Positions 53,301-64,000 of a DNA stretch of 64,000 bases are shown here, piece by piece (within the stretch, counting starts at the first letter, position 1; each line of letters begins with the position of its first letter). The translations under genes and the position numbers were made by a program. The stretch lies in the NCBI GenBank assembly GCA_964016885.1, contig CAXHJY010000264.1, positions 62,001 through 126,000 of the forward strand, written 5' to 3'. The notes under the pieces were generated by a model that saw nothing but the letters and a program-made list of their open reading frames with translations, had not been told where the DNA came from and made no database searches. Source of the DNA: Eledone cirrhosa. Taxonomy: Eukaryota.

Positions 53301-56300
53301 AGAGACAGACTGACATATATATAGTGAGACAGACTGACATATATATATAGTGAGACAGACTGACATATATATAGCGAAACAGACTGAGATATATATAGTG
53401 AGACAGACTGACATATATATATAGTGAGACAGACTGACATATATATACTGAGACAGACTGACATATATATATAGAGACAGACTGACATATATATAGAGAC
53501 AGACTGATATATATAGTGAGACAGACTGACACATATATAGTGAGACGACTGACATATATATATAGTGAGACAGACTGACATATATATAGTGAGACAGACT
53601 GACATATATATAGTGAGACAGACTGACATATATATATAGTGAGACAGACTGACATATATATATAGTGAGACAGACTGACATATATATAGAGAGACAGACT
53701 GACATATATAAATAGTGAGACAGACTGACATATATATATAGTGAGACAGACTGACATATATATATAGTGAGACAGACTGACATATATATAGTGAGACAGA
53801 CTGACATATATAGTGAGACAGACTGACATATATATATAGTGAGACAGACTGACATATATATATAGTGAGACAGATTGACATATATATAGTGAGACAGACT
53901 GACATATATATAGTGAGACAGACTGACATATATATAGTGAGACAGACTGACATATATAGTGAGACAGACTGACATATATATATAGTGAGACAGACTGACA
54001 TATATATAGTGAGACAGACTGACATATATATATAGTGAGACAGACTGACATATATATATAGAGACAGACTGACATATATATAGTGAGACAGACTGACATA
54101 TATATATAGTGAGACAGACTGACATATATATAGCGAAACAGACTGACATATATATAGTGAGACAGACTGACATATATATATAGTGAGACCGACTGACATA
54201 TATATAGTGAGACAGACTGACATATATATAGTGAGACAGACTGACATATATAAATAGTGAGACAGACTGACATATATATATATAGTGAGACAGACTGACA
54301 TATATATAGTGAGACAGACTGACATATATATAGTGAGACAGACTGACATATATATATAGTGAGACAGACTGACATATATATATAGTGAGACAGACTGACA
54401 TATATATATAGTGAGACAGATTGACATATATAGTGAGACAGACTGACATATATATAGTGAGACAGACTGACATATATAGTGAGACAGACTGACATATATA
54501 TATAGTGAGACAGACTGACATATATATAGTGAGACAGGCTGACATATATATAGTGAGACAGACTGACATATATATAGTGAGACAGACTGACATATATATA
54601 TAGTGAGACAGACTGACATATATATAGTGAGACAGACTGACATATATATATAGAGACAGACTGACATATATATAGTGAGACAGGCTGACATATATATATA
54701 GTGAGACAGACTGACATATATATAGTGAGACAGACTGACATATATATATAGTGAGACAGACTGACATATATATATAGTGAGACAGACTGACATATATATA
54801 GTGAGACAGACTGACATATATATATAGTGAGACAGACTGACATATATATATATAGTGAGACAGACTGACATATATATAGTGTGACAGACTGACATATATA
54901 TAGTGAGACAGACTGACATATATATAGTGAGACAGACTGACATATATATATAGTGAGACAGACTGACATATATAGTGAGACAGACTGACATATACATAGT
55001 GAGACAGACTGACATATATATATAGTGAGACAGACTGACATATATATATAGTGAGACAGACAGACATATATATATATATAGACAGACTGACATATATATA
55101 GTGAGACAGACTGACATATATATAGTGAGACAGACTGACATATATATATAGTGAGACAGACTGACATATATATATAGTGAGACAGACTGACATATATATA
55201 TAGTGAGACAGACTAACATATATATATAGTGAGACAGACTGACATATATATATAGTGAGACAGACTGACATATACATAGTGTGACAGACTGACATATATA
55301 TATATAGTGAGACAGACTGAGATATATATATATAGTGAGACAGACTGACATATATATATAGTGAGACAGACTGACATATATATAGTGAGACAGACTGACA
55401 TATATATAGTGAGACAGATTGACATATATATAGTGAGACAGACTGACATATATATAGTGAGACAGACTAACATATATATATAGTGAGACAGACTGACATA
55501 AATATAGTGAGACAGACTGACATATATATAGTGAGACAGACTGACATATATATATAGAGACAGACTGATATATATATATAGTGAGACAGACTGACACATA
55601 TATAGTGAGACGACTGACATATATATATAGTGAGACAGACTGACATATATATAGTGAGACAGACTGACATATATAGTGAGACAGACTGACATATATATAT
55701 AGTGAGACAGACTGACATATATATATAGTGAGACAGACTGACATATATATAGAGAGACAGACTGACATATATAAATAGTGAGACAGACTGACATATATAT
55801 ATAGTGAGACAGACTGACATATATATATATATATAGACAGACTGACATATATATATATAGTGAGACAGACTGACATATATATATAGTGAGACAGACTGAC
55901 ATATATATAGTGAGACAGACTGACATATATATAGTGAGACAGACGGACATATATATATAGTGAGACAGACTGACATATATATAGTGAGGCAGACTGACAT
56001 ATATATAGTGAGACAGACTAACATATATATATAGTGAGACAGACTGACATATATATATTGTGAGACAGATTGACATATATATAGTGAGACAGACTGACAT
56101 ATATATAGTGAGACAGACTAACATATATATATAGTGAGACAGACTGACATATATATATAGTGAGATAGACTGACATATATATATAGTGAGACAGACTGAC
56201 ATATATATATAGTGAGACAGACTGACATATATATATAGTGAGACAGACTGACATATATATATAGTGAGACAGACTGACATATACATAGTGTGACAGACTG

Positions 56301-59300
56301 ACATATATATATATAGTGAGACAGACTGACATATATATATATAGTGAGACAGACTGACATATATATATAGTGAGACAGACTGACATATATATAGTGAGAC
56401 AGACTGACATATATATAGTGAGACAGATTGACATATATATAGTGAGACAGACTGACATATATATATAGTGAGACAGACTAACATATATATATAGTGAGAC
56501 AGACTGACATAAATATAGTGAGACAGACGGACATATATATAGTGAGACAGACTGACATATATATATAGTGAGACAGACTGACATATATATATAGCGAAAC
56601 AGACTGACATATATATAGTGAGACAGACTGACATATATATATAGTGAGACAGACTGACATATATATAGTGAGACAGACTGACATATATATATAGAGACAG
56701 ACTGACATATATATAGTGAGACAGACTGACATATATATATAGTGAGACAGACTGACATATATATAGTGAGACAGACTGACATATATATATAGAGACAGAC
56801 TGACATATATATAGTGAGACAGACGGACATATATATAGTGAGACAGACTGACATATATATATAGTGAGACAGACTGACATATATATACTGAGACAGACTG
56901 ACATATATATATAGAGACAGACTGACATATATATAGAGACAGACTGATATATATATATAGTGAGACAGACTGACACATATATAGTGAGACGACTGACATA
57001 TATATATAGTGAGACAGACTGACATATATATAGTGAGACAGACTGACATATATATAGTGAGACAGACTGACATATATATATAGTGAGACAGACTGACATA
57101 TATATATAGTGAGACAGACTGACATATATATAGAGAGACAGACTGACATATATAAATAGTGAGACAGACTGACATATATATAGTGAGACAGACTGACATA
57201 TATATAGTGAGACAGACTGACATATATATAGAGAGACAGACTGACATATATAAATAGTGAGACAGACTGACATATATATATAGTGAGACAGACTGACATA
57301 TATATATAGTGAGACAGATTGACATATATATATAGTGAGACAGATTGACATATATATAGTGAGACAGACTGACATATATATAGTGAGACAGACTGACATA
57401 TATATAGTGAGACAGACTGACATATATAGTGAGACAGACTGACATATATATATAGTGAGACAGACTGACATATATATATAGTGAGACAGACTGACATATA
57501 TATAGTGAGACAGACTGACATATATATAGTGAGACAGACTGACATATATATATAGTGAGACAGACTGACATATTTATAGTGAGACAGACTGAAATATATA
57601 TAGTGAGACAGACTGACATATATAAAGAGTGAGACAGACTGACATATATATAGTGAGACAGACTGACTTATATATAGTGAGACAGATTGACATATATATA
57701 GTGAGACAGACTGACATATATATAGTGAGACAGACTGACATATATATAGTGAGACAGGCTGACATATATATATAGTGAGACAGACTGACATATTTATAGT
57801 AAGACAGACTGAAATATATATAGTGAGACAGACTGACATATATAAAGAGTGAGACAGACTGCCATATATATAGTGAGACAGACTGACTTATATATAGTGA
57901 GACAGATTGACATATATATAGTGAGACAGACTGACATATATATAGTGAGACAGACTGACATATATATAGTGAGACAGGCTGACATATATATATAGTGAGA
58001 CAGACTGACATATATATAGTGAGACAGACTGACATATATATATAGTGAGACAGACTGACATATATATAGTGAGACAGACTGACATATATATATAGAGACA
58101 GACTGACATATATATAGTGAGACAGACTGAAATATATATAGTGAGACAGACTGGCATATATAAAGAGTGAGACAGACTGACATATATATAGTGAGACAGA
58201 CTGACTTATATATAGTGAGGCAGACTGACATATATATAGTGAGACAGGCTGACATATATATATAGTGAGACAGACTGACATATATATAGTGAGACAGGCT
58301 GACATATATATATAGTGAGACAGACTGACATATATATAGTGAGACAGACTGACATATATATATAGTGAGACAGGCTGACATATATATAGTGAGACAGACT
58401 GACATATATATCTAGAGACAGACTGACATATATATAGTGAGACAGGCTGACATATATATATAGTGAGACAGACTGACATGTATATATAGTGAGACAGACT
58501 GACATATATATAGTGAGACAGACTGACATATATATAGTGAGACAGACTGACATATATATAGAGACAGACTGATATATATAGTGAGACAGATTGACATATA
58601 TAGTGAGACGACTGACATATATATATAGGGAGACAGACTGACATATATATAGTGAGACAGACTGACATATATATAGTGAGACAGACTGACATATATATAT
58701 ATAGTGAGACAGACTGACATATATATATATAGTGAGACAGACTGACATATTTATAGTGAGACCGACTGACATATATATATAGTGAGACAGACTAACATAT
58801 ATATATAGTGAGACAGACTGACATACATATATATATATATAGTGAGACAGACTGACATCTATATAGTGAGACAGACTGACATATATATAGTGAGACAGAC
58901 TGACATATATATATAGTGAGACAGACTGACATATATAGTGAGACAGACTGACATATATATAGTGAGACAGACTGACATATATATATAGTGAGACAGACTG
59001 ACATATATATAGTGAGACAGACTGACATATATATAGTGAGACAGACTGACATATATATATAGTGAGACAGACTGACATATATATATAGTGAGACAGACAG
59101 ACATATATATATATATAGACAGACTGACATATATATATATAGTGAGACAGACTGACATATATAGATAGTGAGACAGACTGACATATATATAGTGAGACAG
59201 ACTGACATATATATATAGTGAGACAGAGTGACATATATATATAGTGAGACAGACTGACATATATATAGGGAGACAGACTGACATATATATATAGTGAGTT

Positions 59301-62300
59301 AGACTGACATATATATATAGTGAGACAGACTGACATATATATAGTGAGACAGACTAACATATATATAGTGAGACAGACTGACATATATATAGTGAGACAG
59401 ACTGACATATATATAGTGAGACAGACTGACATATATATAGTGAGACAGACTGACATATATATAGTGAGACAGACTGATATATATATAGTGAGACAGACTG
59501 ACATATATATATAGTGAGACAGACTGACATATATATATAGTGAGACAGACTGACATAAATATAGTGAGACAGACTGACATATATATATATAGTGAGACAG
59601 ACTGACATATATATATAGTGAGACAGACTGACATATATATAGTGCGACAGACTGACATACATATATAGTGAGACAGACTGACATATATATATAGTGAGAC
59701 AGACTGACATATATATAGTGAGACAGACTGACATATATATATAGTGAGACAGACTGACATATATATATAGTGAGACAGACTGACATATATATATAGTGAG
59801 ACAGACTGACATATATATAGTGAGACAGACTGACATATATATAGTGAGACAGACTGACATATATATATAGTGAGACAGACTGACATATTTATAGTGAGAC
59901 AGACTGAAATATATATAGTGAGACAGACTGACATATATAAAGAGTGAGACAGACTGACATATATATATAGAGACAGACTGACATATATATAGTGAGACAG
60001 ACGGACATATATATACTGAGACAGACTGACATATATATATAGAGACAGACTGACATATATATAGAGACAGACTGACATATATATAGAGACAGACTGATAT
60101 ATATATATAGTGAGACAGACTGACACATATATAGTGAGACGACTGACATATATATATAGTGAGACAGACTGACATATATATAGTGAGACAGACTGACATA
60201 TATATAGTGAGACAGACTGACATATATATATAGTGAGACAGACTGACATATATATATAGTGAGACAGACTGACATATATATAGAGAGACAGACTGACATA
60301 TATAAATAGTGAGACAGACTGACATATATATATAGTGAGACAGACTGACATATATATAGTGAGACAGACTGACATATATATAGTGAGACAGACTGACATA
60401 TATATATAGTGAGACAGACTGACATATATATATAGTGAGACAGATTGACATATATATAGTGAGACAGACTGACATATATATAGTGAGACAGACTGACATA
60501 TATATAGTGAGACAGACTGACATATATAGTGAGACAGACTGACATATATATATAGTGAGACAGACTGACATATATATATAGTGAGACAGACTGACATATA
60601 TATAGTGAGACAGACTAACATATATATATAGTGAGACAGACTGACATAAATATAGTGAGACAGACGGACATATATATAGTGAGACAGACTGACATATATA
60701 TATAGTGAGACAGACTGACATATATATAGTGAAACAGACTGACATATATATAGTGAGACAGACTGACATATATATAGTGAGACAGACTGACATATATATA
60801 TAGTGAGACAGACTGACATATATATACTGAGACAGACTGACATATATATATAGAGACAGACTGACATATATATAGAGACAGACTGATATATATATATAGT
60901 GAGACAGACTGACACATATATAGTGAGACGACTGACATATATATATAGTGAGACAGACTGACATATATATAGTGAGACAGACTGACATATATATATAGAG
61001 ACAGACTGAAATATATATAGTGAGACAGACTGACATATATAAAGAGTGAGACAGACTGACATATATATAGTGAGACAGACTGACTTATATATAGTAGAGA
61101 CAGATTGACATATATATAGTGAGACAGACTGACATATATATAGTGAGACAGACTGACATATATATAGTGAGACAGGCTGACATATATATATAGTGAGACA
61201 GACTGACATATATATATAGTGAGACAGACTGACATATATATATAGAGACAGACTGACATATATATAGTGAGACAGACTGACATATATATATAGTGAGACA
61301 GACTGACATATATATAGTGAGACAGACTGACATATATATATAGAGACAGACTGACATATATATAGTGAGACAGACGGACATATATATAGTGAGACAGACG
61401 GACATATATATAGTGAGACAGACTGACATATATATATAGTGAGACAGACTGACATATATAAACTGAGACAGACTGACATATATATATAGAGACAGACTGA
61501 CATATATATATAGAGACAGACTGACATATATATAGAGACAGACTGATATATATATATAGTGAGACAGACTGACACATATATAGTGAGACGACTGACATAT
61601 ATATATAGTGAGACAGACTGACATATATATAGTGAGACAGACTGACATATATATAGTGAGACAGACTGACATATATATATAGTGAGACAGACTGACATAT
61701 ATATATATAGTGAGACAGACTGACATATATATATAGTGAGACAGACTGACATATATATAGTGAGACAGACTGACATATATATAGTGAGACAGACTGACAT
61801 ATATATATAGTGAGACAGACTGACATATATATAGTGAGGCAGACTGACATATATATAGTGAGACAGACTAACATATATATATAGTGAGACAGACTGACAT
61901 ATATATATGGTGAGACAGACTGATATATATAGTGAGACAGACTGACATATATATAGTGAGACAGACTGACATATATATATAGTGAGACAGACTGACATAT
62001 ATATATAGTGAGACAGACTGACATATATAAATAGTGAGACAGACTGACATATATATATAGTGAGACAGACTGACATATATATATAGTGAGACAGACTGAC
62101 ATATATATATAGTGAGACAGACTGACATATACATAGTGTGACAGACTGACATATACATAGTGTGACAGACTGACATATATATATATAGTGAGACAGACTG
62201 ACATATATATATATAGTGAGACAGACTGACATATATATATAGTGAGACAGACTGACATATATATAGTGAGACAGACTGACATATATATAGTGAGACAGAT

Positions 62301-64000
62301 TGACATATATATAGTGAGACAGACTGACATATATATAGTGAGACAGACTAACATATATATATAGTGAGACAGACTGACATAAATATAGTGAGACAGACTG
62401 ACATATATATAGTGAGACAGACTGACATATATATATAGTGAGACAGACTGACATATATATAGCGAAACAGACTGACATATATATAGTGAGACAGACTGAC
62501 ATATATATATAGTGAGACAGACTGACATATATATAGTGAGACAGACTGACATATATATATAGAGACAGACTGACATATATATAGTGAGACAGACTGACAT
62601 ATATATATAGTGAGACAGACTGACATATATATAGTGAGACAGACTGACATATAAATATAGAGACAGACTGACATATATATAGTGAGACAGACTGACATAT
62701 ATATATAGTGAGACAGACTGACATATATATAGCGAAATAGACTGACATATATATAGTGAGACAGACTGACATATATATATATAGTGAGACAGACTGACAT
62801 ATATATACTGAGACAGACTGACATATATATATAGAGACAGACTGACATATATATAGAGACAGACTGACATATATATAGAGACAGACTGATATATATATAT
62901 AGTGAGACAGACTGACACATATATAGTGAGACGACTGACATATATATATAGTGAGACAGACTGACATATATATAGTGAGACAGACTGACATATATATAGT
63001 GAGACAGACTGACATATATATATAGTGAGACAGACTGACATATATATATAGTGAGACAGACTGACATATATATAGAGAGACAGACTGACATATATAAATA
63101 GTGAGACAGACTGACATATATATATAGTGAGACAGACTGACATATATATAGTGAGACAGACTGACATATATATAGTGAGACAGACTGACATATATATATA
63201 GTGAGACAGACTGACATATATATATAGTGAGACAGATTGACATATATATAGTGAGACAGACTGACATATATATAGTGAGACAGACTGACATATATATAGT
63301 GAGACAGACTGACATATATAGTGAGACAGACTGACATATATATATAGTGAGACAGACTGACATATATATAGTGAGACAGACTGACATATATATATAGTGA
63401 GACAGACTGACATATATATATAGAGACAGACTGACATATATATAGTGAGACAGACTGACATATATATAGCGAAACAGACTGACATATATATAGTGAGACA
63501 GACTGACATATATATATAGTGAGACAGACTGACATATATATAGTGAGACAGACTGACATATATATAGTGAGACAGACTGACATATATAAATAGTGAGACA
63601 GACTGACATATATATATAGTGAGACAGACTGACATATATATAGTGAGACAGACTGACATATATATAGTGAGACAGACTGACATATATATATAGTGAGACA
63701 GACTGACATATATATATAGTGAGACAGATTGACATATATAGTGAGACAGACTGACATATATATAGTGAGACAGACTGACATATATAGTGAGACGGACTGA
63801 CATATATATATAGTGAGACAGACTGACATATATATATAGTGAGACAGACTGACATATATATAGTGAGACAGACTGACATATATATAGTGAGACAGACTGA
63901 CATATATATAGTGAGACAGACTGACATATATATATAGTGAGACAGACTGACATATATATAGTGAGACAGACTGACATATATATATAGAGACAGACTGACA

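Larger units (their letters stand above)
23789..64000. repeat. Satellite array >40 kb, monomer AGTGAGACAGACTGAC(AT)4-5 (24/26 bp; 20-32 bp variants), running off the window
   Basis: Directly visible throughout; no foreign insertion was seen. Confidence 0.99.

Noticed and set aside
23716-63977. Very long minus-strand ORFs (up to 3141 aa; MSVCLTIY/CQSVSLYI/VSLSHYIY)
   Set aside because: The reverse complement of the monomer has no stop codon in any frame, so all three frames are open; these are repeat translations.
23789-64000. CRISPR-like or telomerase-type array
   Set aside because: There are no unique spacers (linkers are only (AT)n) and no cas genes. The unit is not G-rich telomeric and shows duplication-type higher-order structure.

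Overview
AT-rich eukaryotic (metazoan) intergenic DNA with no recognisable host gene. The SINE/RTE repertoire and abundant (TA)n tracts resemble a cephalopod (Octopus-like) genome, but that assignment is inference. Bases 1-23.8 kb are a nest of retroelements, mostly abutting (TA)n microsatellites: one near-full-length RTE-clade LINE with an open APE+RT ORF carrying a PHD-like C4HC3 finger inside the RT, many truncated RTE copies, a decayed Penelope-like element (RT + GIY-YIG), a decayed CRE-like RT/REL element, and tRNA-type SINEs. The most interesting signal is a set of short fold-back elements whose two arms each carry an outward-reading type I hammerhead-ribozyme motif (5.4-5.7, 5.85-6.13, 7.17-7.49 and 8.9-9.4 kb). 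There is also a solo degenerate motif at 2.5 kb and a well-formed variant hammerhead at the 3' end of the Penelope element. From 23.79 kb to the window end is a satellite of 24/26-bp monomers (AGTGAGACAGACTGAC(AT)n) with ~3 kb higher-order structure, larger duplications and two identical 125-bp inversions. Its long ORFs are artefacts. All calls were made by eye; no searches were run, and boundaries are approximate unless stated.
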